Assembly: GCA_003693705.1 (NCBI GenBank)
Contig: RBZT01000743.1
Coordinates: forward strand, 1-64,000
Reading direction: 5' to 3'
DNA: 64,000 bases
DNA from: Polymyxa betae A26-41
Lineage: Eukaryota > Protista > Endomyxa: Phytomyxea
Both the position numbers and the translations under genes were made by a program. Positions 1 to 15,531 of the stretch are shown piece after piece. How positions within the stretch are numbered: position 1 is the stretch's first letter; the number at the start of each line of letters is the position of its first letter. The notes beneath the pieces are model-generated. The model was not told the origin of the DNA, did no database searches, and saw only the letters and a program-made list of their open reading frames with translations.

Positions 1-940
1 ATTAGCGACAGATTGCCCCGGATACAAAGCCGTTTTACAAGAGGCCAAAGAACGATTAGGCATCATGAACATCGATTGTGTTCTCTTAACGCATCATCAT
101 CACGATCACATTACCGGATTGACAACAATTCGCCAAATGTTTTTATCATTCAGCAGTCAATCTGGGTTTTTATTTAATCCATTCTAGATTCGGCCAAGAT
201 GTGCCTGCGTATAAATGCCACCATCCAGATGATTCCCAGCAGTTTGAAGACATCTCAGATGGACAGGTACATCATACTGGATTGTCTGTGGATGTATGTG
301 AAAAGCTCCTGATTTTAGCGATTTCAAACTGAATCCGGCACTGAAATCATTGCTTTTCAAACACCTGGTCATACCTCAGACCATTGCGTTTTCTATTCCC
401 CATCCCACCGCATCTTATTTTCTGGAGATTGGTACGCTCTTGTGAATATTTGATCGGCACTAATATTCTTGTAGCGTGCTGGGAAGCAATTCAAGCACTG
501 TATTCATGGATTTAAAAAGGTGATCAGTGATCAGTTTGCATTGTTGAACATTATTGATGTTGGTGCATTTCACAGCTTTCTATGCGTTTAGAGCGGCTGT
601 TAGAAATGTCTGCACAATTTAGAAGTATTTGTCCAGGACATGGCTCCATTATTGAGAATCCTTCCGAGAAGCTGATTGAATATATTAGCCACAGGGTTGA
701 TCATCTTCCCATTTTGCTAATTGATTCTAACTCCGACCATAGACATCAAGAAACGAGCAGATCATGGAGATTTTGAAGACCAATCCTGCTACATATCAAG
801 AGATTTATGCCCGGATTTATCCCAACGTTCCTGATAGCCTATCTCGAGCTTCTACATTCGTCCTCTCCCAACATCTCGAGTATTTAATGACAAACCAGAG
901 AATCCAGAAAGTCCAAGATGCATATCAGTGTATCGAGTGA
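1..940 (+). CDS. LACTB2: Metallo-beta-lactamase fold protein, LACTB2-like; 5' end outside the window, multi-exon
   Basis: Exons encode LLTHHHHDHITG (HxHxDH), QTPGHTSDH...LFSGD and ICPGHG, followed by a winged-helix-like tail (IYPNVPDSL...QHLEYL). TGA at 938-940. Confidence 0.8.
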
Positions 941-1075
941 TAAGTTCTGATAAACAACTGCTGGTCTGTTTCTGAAGTTGTTTTTCAAAGCCACTGCATT
1001 CGTCACTAGACATGTTCTTGCAAAAGAAGGATAATAGAACTCGCGCGTGCCTGATTTTCCATTTGTCTCGCACGC

Positions 1076-1564
1076 ATGAGCGCTACTTCCAGGAAAGAGA
1101 AGCCGAAAGTGAAAATCCCCTTTTTCGTGGCTTTAACGCCACCCCATATTGCCGCTCTATCTGAGCCTACCAGCCGCCAACAACGACGACGATCATGTCG
1201 AGGTCTTCGAATGAAAAAATCGTCATCGAATCCAGCCATTCTTGGACGAGTCTATCCCGTCAAATCAAAGATGCCTGCACTGCAAAGCGTTGATGTGATG
1301 GGAGTGTTTGAGCATGAAGCCAAGAAAACGAATTATCATGAAGTTAGAACGCATGAAGATATCCTCGATCAAATTCAAGGAATGGCTTATAAAGAATACG
1401 GGCTTCAAGAAGCGTTATTTACCAGCCCGTATTCGCCATTACATGCCGATGTTCTTCGGCCGCTCTTTGTCGCTGGAAGTAAAGGCAGCGGCGTTCCCCC
1501 GATTAGGATTCTTCAGCCCTCCAAGCATAAAACCAGATCCAGGCGGTTTTCTCATCTGATATAA
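1076..1564 (+). CDS. Hypothetical basic protein, 162 aa, single exon
   Basis: ATG-initiated ORF filling the gap between two genes; no recognised motif. Confidence 0.4.
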   Translation: MSATSRKEKPKVKIPFFVALTPPHIAALSEPTSRQQRRRSCRGLRMKKSSSNPAILGRVYPVKSKMPALQSVDVMGVFEHEAKKTNYHEVRTHEDILDQIQGMAYKEYGLQEALFTSPYSPLHADVLRPLFVAGSKGSGVPPIRILQPSKHKTRSRRFSHLI

Positions 1565-1958
1565 ACATGACTGTTTCTGATGTTCACAAATTAGCGGTCC
1601 TGTAGATTCATGGAGAGCCTGCATCGAATGGCATCGACCGCGTCTTGCATCATGAGAAGCTATCACTTAGATGGCCGTGCAATCGCATAACAATAGTATA
1701 GGTGATAAATAGCCCTGGAATGTATTGACGATTGGCAGAGTGAGCAAGGGTTCAACTCATCGAGTTGATGTCGCGCGGCTGGCTGCCGCCCTTTACGTTA
1801 CGGCCTTTAGCGGACAATACTGTTACGCGATGTTCGTTAATGCATATCATTCCGATATTGGCTCGAGACTGTCAAAAACAAAGGGATTTGAATTCTGTTG
1901 GTTACTGTTGAAGTGGGTTGCGTTTGCGCAACCCTGTGGCCTCTGGAGCGGCCTTCTT

Positions 1959-4900
1959 ATGTCTCGCCGTCGTCGTAGAATCGTCGTCGACAGCGATGAC
2001 GACGATGTCGCCATCGAGCGACCGAAGAAACTGATTATATCTCCGCCTCCGAAGGCTGAAGTTGTTAACAAAACTTCGACTACACTCAAGCGCGCTTCCG
2101 GATTTCGTCAACGTGAATGCGCCACTAATTCTCCCGAACCTGTTACGGTCACAACAACCGGTCGAACCATCAGCGTAAACTCAGATGCTCGATTTGACCT
2201 GCAAACGGAATTCATCGAACATGTCCTATCTTGGAACTTGGGCGAAGAAAGCGACGTATACGAAAACGATGTCAAAATCGACGATCGTCCCACCTTCGCC
2301 AGCGTTGACGACTATGTGTCGATGTTCGTGACTCTTTTATACTGCGACATGCGCGCAAGCTTAATCGCCGGTCTTGACGAGAACCCTCGTTATTCCACCT
2401 CCAAGCCTAAACTGGAGCTTCAACGATTGCCAGATAACAACAGAAGTGCCTCGCTACGTCTGAAAGTCTATACTGGGTGCGACATCATCAATCGTGATGT
2501 TCTGCAACTACGGTTCAACGACGACCACAGAATTCTCGGCTACGTGGTCGAATGTCAATCAGCACCGGGGCGAGGTATGCAGATCTTGGTCGTGAACGTA
2601 GCTGCCTCCCGCAGCAGCGATATCGTCTGGGCTGACGTTTCTGATCTTTCTCTCGTTCGTCTCGGCACCGTCATCACAAACATGAGGGAATTCGTCGCTC
2701 TACGCTCCTGTGCTGCTGTAAGATTTTTTATGCGTTGTTTTACGGTTTGCTTGAATGTTGAACAGTCTAGGTTGCTTCCGTTTCTACTGAATCCGAACGA
2801 AGCCCGCGAACACGTTCAGTTGAGACTTCCAGAACCAGCATGGAAGCAAGTGCCGCCTCTGTTGATGCAGCGACTCGAGCATAGCCTAAACGCCGATCAG
2901 CTTCAAGCTGTCAAGCAAAGCGCTGAATTTACGTCGCCATTCTGCCTGATTCAGGTTTGAGCGCGGATCCTCTCTGTTTGTACAATTGAATCGTTTTAGG
3001 GTCCTCCCGGTACTGGCAAAACCAAAACAGTTTTACATCTGCTCAATGTTCTGCATTTGAGCATGTATCAGCGACATTATCACAGTGTTATCGGTGCCGC
3101 CCTGCGTTCTCTGCAGCCGTCTGCGAACAGTTCAAATTCGACGCAGCCGTCCCAAAATGTCGACGGCGTTTCGGCTCCTCTGCTCTCCTCCCTCTTTGAA
3201 TCGCTATCAAAGGTTTTTATTTCTTGATCGTCGCACATAACGTTTGCTGATGATATTCTGGTTCAGTCGCATTTGGACGAAGATGTTCCTTCGTCGCTGG
3301 AGATTATGTCCCGTCCTCGCATTCTAGTCTGTGCCCCATCGAATGCTGCTGTTGATGAAATCGTCAGCCGTGTGGCTTTGGATCGGCTCTGGGACGGCAA
3401 CTCGAAGCCGTATACACCCGATATTGTACGTATTGGGCGAGCGTCCAGTATTCGAGATGGTGCTGTTAAAGATAACATCAGCTTGGATGTGCTGGTCGAT
3501 GCGTTTTTCAGATATAGCCCAAGTAAGTCCCTTACTTCGCAATATTCCTGCTTTCGCTTGCCTTTCTTTTGTAAATTCAAATGTCCCTTTCCGTGTATAC
3601 TATTTATGGCTGCTTATCATATATAATAGGCCAGCTGAAAGAACGGATAAAAAACGTCGAGCATCACCGTCAACGTGTTGCACATAATCTAAAACAGGTT
3701 CTGCTCTTGCTCACATATGCGCTGTTTGTTATGAATAACTGACCCTTCTCCTAGATTCATGAATATGCTCTGCGTGTTCGTTCCACTGGAGCCCCGTGCG
3801 ATCTCAATGCGCTTGCCGCTCAAATCACATCGCTTGCAGAAGAAAGGTTGCATGCTGATCACTTGCAAAACTGGGTCGCTAATTTGCTTAGGTATCGAAT
3901 TGGTTTGGAACTGGAGCGCCTTGAAATGGTTCGAGACAATACGAAAGAAGGTGCTGTTGCGCTTCTGCAGCAATCATACATCGACAATGCACAGATTGTG
4001 TTCACCACGTTGAGTGGAACTGCTGGTATCTGTTCTTCTGTTGCTGGATTGCTCCGAACAGTTCATGTTCCGTTCAGTGTTTCAACTGCTATTACTGTTT
4101 CTCATTTTGTATCCAGACCAAGTTCTAATAATTTCCCAGGCCGGTTTTTAGCCGGAAAGTCATCCAGATGCAGCTTCAATATATGCATCATCGATGAAAG
4201 TGCTCAGTGTGTCGAAACTGCAACCTTGCTCCCTCTGGTTCAAATTGATTTCCGCTCTCTTTCTATGATTTAAATGCGTTTATCTCAGGTGAGCTTCGTG
4301 GATATCAAAGTGGTCGTGCTTGTTGGAGATCCGCGACAATTACCTGCTACTGTTTTCTTAACCGGCGATAAATCTTGTGTTTATGAGCGCTCATTGTTTC
4401 AGCGGCTTCAGCAGGCCGGCGTACAGGCAATCATGCTATCACAGCAATATCGTATGCACCCAGGTACTAAGTGCAGTCGACCTTTGCTTGTGTCTGAATC
4501 ATTTCTTTGCCGTCAGAAATTCGGAAGTTTCCATCCTTCTATTTCTATTCCAATCAGCTAATTGATGGTCCGCCAACGTTGCTCTATGATAGCCCTTACT
4601 ACAAGAATCTGCGATTCCAGCCGTATTTGTTCTTTGACGTGGTTGGTCGAGAACGAAGACAGCGTTCTGTGAGCAACGAAGCGGAAGCGTCATTCATCGC
4701 TCGTCAGCTAGGTACTCCAATTGCAGGTCACTTGATAGCTTGTAACTGAATACTATTATAGAATGTTTGATCGCATCATACCCAAGCGTCAATGCAAATA
4801 TGATCGGAGTCGTTACACCATACGCTGCTCAAGTTTCATGTATAAGATCAATGCTAAAGGCAGTTCCGTCACTTGCCAATGTCGAAGTCGCAACCATCGA

Positions 4901-5182
4901 CAGTTTTCAAGGCCGGGAAAAGAACATCATCATGATGTCTTGTGTCCGGGCTGGTCATGGTTAGTTGACTGTTGCTACAGGTTGATTTGGATGTCAATAT
5001 GTTTTACAGGTCAGATCGGATTCGTAAAAGACGTTCGTCGTATGAATGTTGGCATCACTAGAGCTCGTCATGCCATGTGGATTGTTGGACATGCCGCCAC
5101 ACTAAGGTCGTCACCGGCTTGGGCAGCACTTATTGATGATGCTGTGCATCGCCATTTGTTAATCAATTCTGAATCTATCTAG
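1959..5182 (+). CDS. Sen1/senataxin-like superfamily-1 (UPF1-like) helicase, multi-exon
   Basis: Spliced motifs LIQ|GPPGTGKT, ILVCAPSNAAVDEI, IIDESAQCVE, LVGDPRQLPATV, QQYRMHP, IGVVTPY, TIDSFQGREK, IGFVKDVRRMNVGITRAR. Basic N-terminus MSRRRRR. Confidence 0.9.
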
Positions 5183-5376
5183 AGGTCTTAATATATCTGT
5201 TCAATTCTGTTCCTCTCCTTGCGATAATGTTTGTCAAGACCGTTGTTTTGTAGTTCACGCTTGTACAACTTCGGTACTAGAATCTTCAAACAGTGAATCT
5301 TTATGATAAAGAGAATGAGAATGCCAAATTTATATCTGGCGTCGACCCCGAATAGTTTATAATTGCACAATAGGTT

Positions 5377-6354
5377 TCAAAATTCCAATTTAAATAAAGT
5401 TCTATCGATTTCTTTCCTATGACGATGAGCTTCACTGATAACTCTCTCGATCTTCGCCAAAACAAGCCTGGCTTCCTCAATACCGCCGTGACACTGGGAG
5501 ACTTTGATTTTCTTTAGAGTGTTCATTGCTCGATTATACCAAAACAACTCAAATGGGTCCCAAAGCTCTTTGCAGACCTCACACCATTTCAGCAATAATT
5601 TCAGCCTGTCAACACTGCAAAAGGATATTATGAACTGACTATTGTCGATGATCTCGCGATCAAAAACCTGAGGTGAGATATTGAGCTGAGCAGCTTGCCG
5701 TACAAGGTAAGGAAATCTAAAACAGTGATCTCGGTGCCAAGGATCTCGATTAATTAAGGAATCGGTGACTTCGTCCAGAGTTAGCTCTGAAGACGACTCT
5801 AAGCCGACCGGGTCCTTGACGATGAGCGATCTAACCGTTTTGTAAAACAGGCGCTTGAGGGAGAATTTACGAGCAAATCGCAGCTGTTCGAAATCGTAGT
5901 TACCCATGAATGATAGGTATATATCACAGGCTTCTTTCAGTCTTGATGAGAACAAGAAATCGGAGAGAACGGCAAGCGAAGCGAACTGAGAATTGCTATA
6001 GTTTTTGGAATGGCAAACAGCAGCCAATCCATGATTGTAGCATAATCTCAATGTGTATGTGCCATACTGATGACGATGATAGGATAGCTCCAGAAACAAT
6101 TTGAACACATCCATCGGGTCGATCTCGTCTCGATCTGGATTATACCGCGACGGAATTCGAATTTCTGGTAGATCTAGACTAATAACAGCGAGCTTGTTGC
6201 ATCCCTGGTTGATTAAGGGCGATTCCAACCATGACCGAATCAGATCGCTTTCCTGTGCCAGAACTGCCCTATGCACCCGGAATCGCTGACCATTGGCAAT
6301 CAGGTGGAGATCGCATTTCTCATCACCAGTCCTTAGCAGGTCTGCTTTCGACAT
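5377..6354 (-). CDS. BTB/POZ domain protein, 325 aa, intronless
   Basis: N-terminal CDLHLIANGQRFRVHRAVLAQESDLIRSWL is the typical BTB signature, followed by a BACK-like helical region. Confidence 0.75.
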   Translation of the reverse strand: MSKADLLRTGDEKCDLHLIANGQRFRVHRAVLAQESDLIRSWLESPLINQGCNKLAVISLDLPEIRIPSRYNPDRDEIDPMDVFKLFLELSYHRHQYGTYTLRLCYNHGLAAVCHSKNYSNSQFASLAVLSDFLFSSRLKEACDIYLSFMGNYDFEQLRFARKFSLKRLFYKTVRSLIVKDPVGLESSSELTLDEVTDSLINRDPWHRDHCFRFPYLVRQAAQLNISPQVFDREIIDNSQFIISFCSVDRLKLLLKWCEVCKELWDPFELFWYNRAMNTLKKIKVSQCHGGIEEARLVLAKIERVISEAHRHRKEIDRTLFKLEF

Positions 6355-7186
6355 TTGTCACGACGTGTATTGCCTATGAGTGTGATTGGCAGCTCTTGCC
6401 TCTATGCCCAGAAATGGCATGATGGAAATAGGACAGGGTGAACAATCGCCTGTCATACCAAATGGTAACGTTATTAGTAGGAGAGCAACCCCTTGGCCCA
6501 ATCAGATCTTTCTAGAATCATAGACTGAACAGAGTTGATGTTGTGGTGTATTAGCGATTCCGGCATGAAAAAGCCAGGAATGGTGTGAACGGATCTGTAG
6601 ACGAAATTCAGATCACAGTTTGGTTTCTAGGACTGGACTCAATTGCAACGTATCGACAAAGGTTTAAAAAGCTGGATGATTATGGGATTGCAGTGAGATA
6701 CAGATAATGTTTGCCAACGAAGCAAAATAATGAGGACAAGTTAGCATCATGTGACATCTGTTTCCCTGTTTGTGCTGGAATGTTCATTGGCTATCTCAAA
6801 TCAAAATGGGAAAATCAAACATGGAAGATCGAACATATGGAACTATCGTATCCGTTCGTAATTGACGAATCGGCTGAAGCGACCAGCTGCTGGCGACATA
6901 TTTATATCAAAACCCACTTCACCAGGCTGTGAATACAGTAATCGAGAGACCAGCGATGTTAGTAAGATGGCTGTGACCTGTGGATGAATTGCTGCTATAC
7001 AATCTATTGGGAATTCTGGCGGTCGAATCTCACTTGTTTACACAGCATGGTCCATTTGAAAGTTTAATTGGAGCTACACTAGATCTCGAATAAAAACTCG
7101 CTCTTTGATTCTCCGTTCGCCATTCCAAAAACATTGTCGCTCTGCGGCATCGTCTCGAACGCATTGCCTATATTTGCCCGGCCCCG

Positions 7187-8051
7187 ATGACTGCAATCAC
7201 TATCGATGAACGGGCTTACCGGCTCATGATGGCCCATGCCATTCGCTTCTACGACCGACCTGTGATGGGCCTCTTAATCGGCAGTGCAGACGGCAAGGAC
7301 CGGGTCACGATCCGCGATTGCTTGCCGATTATACATTCGTATCCGACTAAGCCTCTTCTAAACATTGTATTGGAGCTGGTATGCAAATTCTTCGCGCATT
7401 GGTCTAAGGAACATCGATTCGTTTTCACAATTTTATCTCGGTTCAGCTAAAGCATGCTTCAAACTGCCATTCGGCGCTTTTTGTATTTTTAGATTTTCGT
7501 CGATGAGACATGCGCTAGTTTTCTGAGATGGAATCAATTGAATTAGTTTAGGCCGTTTTGAGATATAGAGAGCTAGGCGACGACTACAAAGTCGTTGCCG
7601 TGTATGAAGGTCACGAACTACTCAATGATAAATCGCTGGGTGCCAATTCCAAGACGATTGCCAAATATTTCGCCGAACCTATGATAATCTTCACAGTACG
7701 CCCGCCTTAATGTTAAAGTGGTTTCGATCTTGTCTCTGATTTATTGGACAGATCGACAATTCAGCAATTCACCACACAAATATTAAGGAACCTGCCCTTC
7801 TTGTAGTAGCGTACTTCTTTTGTTTAAAATCCGATTATTTAAACAGTTGTTTGTTTCAGTCGTGGAGGTGGAATTCCGGATCAAAATCGAATCCTGATCA
7901 GTCGGTTACGGTTTCGGTGGAGAATCAGGAGATGGCGTTTCAGCAATGCCATCGCTATCATGAAAGAGACGTCTCTGTCGATACGGTTGTTGATATTGAG
8001 GAACACCTCAGCGACATTACCAAGGATTGGCTCAACGAGGCATTCCTATAG
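7187..8051 (+). CDS. EMC8: ER membrane complex subunit 8/9 (MPN-like, UPF0172), multi-exon
   Basis: N-terminus AYRLMMAHAIRFYDRPVMGLLIG and C-terminus VVDIEEHLSDITKDWLN match the family pattern. Confidence 0.8.
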
Positions 8052-8481
8052 CATGCTGCGAATTTACAATCATAAGTTTACTTACATAACATCCATTCGT
8101 CGGCCGTACTGGCCGATTCTTTTATCCATAATTGACTTCGGAACCCTAAACCCTTAGGACGATTTGTCATTCGCCGAGTGTCCATCGATTGATTTACTTC
8201 TCACGATTTCATATTTACATCATATTAGTGCTTCTGCATGTTTGTATTTGAGGTTATAGAAGCTGCCACTTCGAAATCAGATAGTCGCGAGTTCGGGGCT
8301 GTCAGAGACTCGAGTACCTGAAATCGGTATACACGACATTGTCCGCCCTTTCGATTGATTTTCGTGATAAATAGTAAACTTTGTATTTTCATTATCTCTT
8401 AATTCTGGAAGATATCAAACTCCAAGGCGGTATTGAAGAGGATCTCAATCTAAATCGTCATCAGGATTTCCGCACAATACC

Positions 8482-9721
8482 ATGAGGTTGGGACCCGCGA
8501 TCCTCTCCAGGATATATTCCCGGGTCAGCGCCGGCCCATGGCGAACGACGACAGCTGTGGCCTCGGAAACCACCGATCTAGAGCCTGCAGCACCAGCAAT
8601 GGGTACCAGCTCGGCAGCGGAAACCGATTTCGGGTGACGATTTGCCTAGAAGCCCTAGTTCGCCAATCTGATTTCTGAGGATCAGATTTTCTCGCGTTCC
8701 TGTGTCTCAGAAGACATCAATGGTCGCTGATATCTTCAATCGTGTCGCTCCCAAATACGATATCATGAATGGTAACGCTACCTATTGACAGTTTTCTAAA
8801 AGAATGTCTTTCAAAAACTTCTAAAAAACAGTACTTTAAGTGTTGACTTTCAGTTATTTCTTGTTAAGCCTGTTTTGATTGATTACCTTGTTGATTGTTA
8901 TCTTTTCGATGCTATGCAGATCTTATGTCGCTCGCCGTACACCGACTCTGGAAATCGTAAGCTTTTGAGCCATTATCGAGCACGTCCTGATCTGCAGTCA
9001 GGTATTTCGTCAACCAGCTATCGCTGATGAATGTTGGAATTGCCCCAATCCATATTCTCGATGTTGCCGGTGGCACCGGCGATATTGGTTTCCGATGTAT
9101 CGATGCTTTACGTCGCCCTCAGCTTGATACGATCCTGCCATCGCCACGTCATCATGTGACAATCTGTGACATCAACCAGGCCATGTTAGACGTTGGCGCT
9201 GAACGAGCGAAATCCCTGGGCTATGTCACTGATGATCGGGTCGTGGTCGATTTCCTCTGCGCCAACGCTCAGAATCTCGTCACCGTTCCCGATAACTCTG
9301 TCGATCTGTATACAATAGCGTTCGGTTTGCGGAATGTCACGAACAAAGAGGTTTAATCGTTTTCTATCATCTTGTCGCTCTTGCTTATGCAATGTAGACT
9401 GCTTTATTGGAAGCTTATCGTGTTCTGAAACCTGGAGGACGGTTTATGTGTATGGAATTCAGTAAGGTCGAATATCCTGGCCTGAAACAAATCTATGATG
9501 TCTGGTCATTCCAAGCGATTCCCTTATTGGGCGATTTAATCGCTCAAGACCGAGCGTCGTATCAGTATCTGGTGGAATCAATTCGCCAATTCCCTTCACA
9601 AGATGCGCTCTGTGATATGATTCATGCTGCTGGATTCGAACAGGTCTCGTATGAGAATCTATCTGGAGGGATTGTGGCTATTCATTCTGGGTACAAACTG
9701 CACAACGACAAACTTTTGTAA
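8482..9721 (+). CDS. COQ5: Ubiquinone biosynthesis C-methyltransferase COQ5 (UbiE family), mitochondrial, multi-exon
   Basis: TDFG|[10 protein letters not shown]|[55 protein letters not shown]; Arg-rich presequence. Confidence 0.93.
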
Positions 9722-9831
9722 AGTGTTTCTGAATCAGCGAAATGGATACCTTGGAATAGCTATTAACTATTTATCATATGAATCGGTGTTAGAAACCGTT
9801 AATAATACAAGTCAGACGTAATGCGGAAAAA

Positions 9832-10041
9832 TCATCGAATAGCTCGACGTTCTTGAGAGTGGATTGAAGAAAGAACTTTCGGCAAAGCCTTCGTAGAGTT
9901 AGAAGGATGGGAAATCGGTGCCGGGTATAACGTCGCCAGAGGTTTCCTTGTTTGCTTCTTGGATTTCAGCGCTGATACCAGCTGGCCTGTGCACGGATCG
10001 ATGTTTTCCTTGTCGTGAACGCTAACAATGGACACGGCCAT
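9832..10041 (-). CDS. 69-aa microprotein with KEN box, D-box and C-terminal IR; putative APC/C substrate or inhibitor
   Basis: MAVSIVSVHDKENIDP...TRKPLATL...QERRAIR*; ATG at 10041. Confidence 0.6.
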   Translation of the reverse strand: MAVSIVSVHDKENIDPCTGQLVSALKSKKQTRKPLATLYPAPISHPSNSTKALPKVLSSIHSQERRAIR

Positions 10042-10175
10042 GATGGTCTTGACGAGCAGCTTGATGATCACACTTAAATCACGAACTTCGTTAAGGACAG
10101 CCTGTCCAGTTCCTATTAACAGGGCGATACACTGGGCGGAGCAGCCTCGTAGCCTCGTTCAAGCAATCTGACTTT

Positions 10176-10269
10176 TTTGAACTGCGCGCCACAGATAGAC
10201 AGATTAGTGAGATTCTTTCATATTATAACTACCAAGTACTGAAGTAGCCGGGCGAGAGTTTTCGCGAAA
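10176..10269. promoter_or_regulatory. Candidate cell-cycle promoter elements (CHR-like TTTGAA and palindromic E2F-like TTTTCGCGAAA) in the divergent microprotein/GCN5 promoter
   Basis: TTTGAA at 10176-10181 next to GCGCGCC; TTTTCGCGAAA at 10259-10269. Short motifs that could occur by chance. Confidence 0.25.
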
Positions 10270-10623
10270 GGTAAAAAACGACTCGTTAAGGTCCCATTTT
10301 TTTAAAATCTGGTGGTTTTGGATGTTTCGATTCGTTTTGGCTTTCATGGCTCGAGATGTGAAAGTGCGTCATGTTAAGACAATTTTGGAACGACCTAATG
10401 ACGAATCTCCGGCGCAACTTTTTTCATCGGATTGGCAACAGAAAGCAAGGCAGTGAACTCCAAAGCATCCAGACAATCAATTCATGAAGAATCAGTTCGT
10501 GAATCTCTATTCTGTCGCTTTAAATTTCAACACAAAACATTTCAAAACAACAAAACCCACACGGAAAAGTTGCGCAATCGAGAAAATTGCGTCTGGTTTT
10601 GTAAAAATGAAGTGAGCATTTAT

Positions 10624-12843
<2,220 letters not shown>

Positions 12844-13217
12844 TAAATTAACTTATTTCTTTACCCGAATCCCTTTTGTCTAGAGGGTTTTTCAAAATGC
12901 GTTTTTTTTACCGTTTCAAAAGCATCGAATCTCGTATGCACTTGGTAATTCGGTTGGTGCCATTTTCTGATAGTTGCTGAATGACCTTTGGCAGTTCGCA
13001 ATATAAACCGCATAGGATAAAAACAGGATCTACCGATCTGTGATGGGTTAAAGGCCACAGACTGCTGATACACAGATACAGGAGGATTTCGGGTTTTTTC
13101 CTCAAAATTTCCGAAAAAACCGCCCCGTTTCGAGTTCCGCAAAGTATCAGAAATTGCGACGTTTTTTGTCTGCTGCGAAACGTTGCCATTCTCCATTTCG
13201 TAGTGCAGCTCTTAAAA

Positions 13218-15244
13218 ATGGGCGAGTCGGAGTCGGCCACAGCCGGCGTCGAGCAGATCCTTTCGCTATCTGTTGAGTTCGCCGCCAATGACCAATGTCG
13301 TGATCTGCCATCCCTGATCCAGACCAGCACGAACGAGGTGGCGGCTAGCTTCATCACAGTCCCATTGTTCCTGGCCGATCGTTGCGAGCCGCTGGCATAC
13401 AGCGACCTCTGTCTCTCTTTTGAGCAATGGAACACGCTTGTCGTATGTGCACATCGTTCATTCACATTTTTCTCCTTTTGTTTGCAGTTTTTCAAAAAAA
13501 TCACTTTTTTTATCTTCTTTCTCCAACCATTGTCAGGTTGGAGTCGTTTCAGACGACGACGGTTTATGGTCAGACGATCCGGCAACGGCCGCCGGCGCTG
13601 TTGACCGCCTGGAGCGTGAGCTGCGCTGGGCGAAGCACCTCTCTCTGTCCGCCGTTCTGCTGCCACGACCGCCCTCCGATCTGGCCCGATTACCGCGATA
13701 CGCCGCGCTTCTGTATCCGACCGTACTGGAGCACGTCTCGGCGTCGTCCGCGTTCCAGCTCTGGATCCGAATCGGCCTGAACCCGTCCTCTCCCGAGGTC
13801 GCCTACACGACCTGGCGGAAGCTACACGCCCTCTGCGAGAACTCTCTGCAATTCTACCCGGTGCTGGAGCCCGTTTCCGGCTCCGAACCCAGGGACGTAC
13901 CGGTCCGCGCCATGCAGCCCTGGATCGCCGAACACGTTGCCGCCATCGTACTGGACCAGACGTTTCCGAAGCCCGTGTGGATGGAGACGCTGCTGAACCT
14001 GTTGTTCCGTCACGATGTTCGCGTGATTGTGGGCCAGGCTGAGAACGCTGAAGACCTGGATCGTCTTGAACCTGTCTGTGAATGGGCGCATTCGCTCTGG
14101 AATGCGCAGCCGGCTCCGACTCAGGCCGAGGTGTTCGCTGCCGGATATCGCGATGTGTTGCAGGTTCCGCTACAGCCACTCGGAGACCATCTACAATCAC
14201 AGACTTATGAGGTAGGGTTTCTACTTTTTTTTCATGACAAACTTCTGAGTTTCGGATTTCAGATTTTCGAGAAAGATCCCGTCAAGTATGAAAGGTATGA
14301 AGAAGCGGTCTACCGAGCGCTCCTGGCCTGCAAACGCTGCGCTGATGGTGAGGAGATCGTGGTGATGGTGGTCGGTGCCGGGCGTGGTCCGCTCGTTCAT
14401 TGCGTGCTGAGCGCTTCCGAGCGATCCCGGCGTCCTGTTCGCCTATTCGCACTGGAGAAGAACCCGAACGCCTGTGTCACGCTACGTCACCTGTCTGCTG
14501 CCGTTTGGGGCCAGCGCGTCTGTTTCTCTTACACTGAATGCGAACCGGCGGCTTATTCTTGTATAGGTAGAGGTCGTGGAAGGCGATATGCGATCGTGGG
14601 AGCCGCCAGTTCAGGCTGATATCGTCGTCAGCGAGCTGCTCGGCAGTTTCGGCGACAATGAACTGTCACCGGAATGTCTGGATGGCGCCCGGCGTCTGCT
14701 CCGTCACGATGGTGTTTCGATTCCGTCGTCCTACACTTCGTACCTGGCTCCGATCTCATGCCCGCGTCTCTGGAACCAGATTGCCAGCTCGGGTCTGGCA
14801 TCACTCGAGACGCTTCATGTCGTCAATCTGCATGCGGTGTTCTCTGCCTCTCCGGTTCAAGAATGTTTCACGTTCTCGCATCCGGATAATGTCACCAACA
14901 ATCGTCGCCGTCGCCTTTTGTTCGTGAAAGACGTCGACGAGATCGTCATTCACGGGTTTGCCGGATTCTTCCGTGCAATCCTGTTCGATGGAGGCGATCG
15001 CGATCTGGTTGATATCAGCATCGAGCCGTCGACATTCAGCAACGGGATGTTCAGCTGGTTCCCGGCGTTTCTGCCATTACGTCGGCCGATTGTCTGGAGA
15101 CACGACGACCCGCTACAGGTCGAAATTTCCAGGACATCGCGCCTGGATCAGAAACGGGTCTGGTACGAATGGATTGTTGAACATGACAATATTGTATCTC
15201 CAATCCATAACCCGAACGGACGCTCATATTCCATCAGATTATAA
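13218..15244 (+). CDS. PRMT5: Protein arginine N-methyltransferase 5, multi-exon
   Basis: LQVPLQPLGDHLQSQTYE|IFEKDPVKY, VVGAGRGPLV, EKNPNA, DIVVSELLGSFGDNELSPECL, MFSWFP, IHNPNGRSY. Confidence 0.95.
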
Positions 15245-15531
15245 TTGTCTTAATTACTCTATGCTAGTTCCCATCTTGATCATCTACTCTTTGAAAATCC
15301 CATCTTAGATCCACCATTAATCTTTCTAGCTCCGGCACTTGATAGTTATCGCGCCTTTCGGCAACATAGGGCGGCGCTTTTACTCCACTTTTCCGGCAAC
15401 TGATGGATTATAGCATGCTGAAAAAGCTAACAGTCTCATTTCAAGGAAATATCGCACTGAAACAGTTCTCTCAAAGTTGGAAAATTCAGTTTTCTGGCGC
15501 GTGCCGTTTTGGGACTTTGACTTTCGACAAA

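Noticed and set aside
12908-14200. 430-aa minus-strand ORF
   Set aside because: Antisense shadow of the GC-rich PRMT5 exons; Arg/Pro/Ala-rich with no motif.
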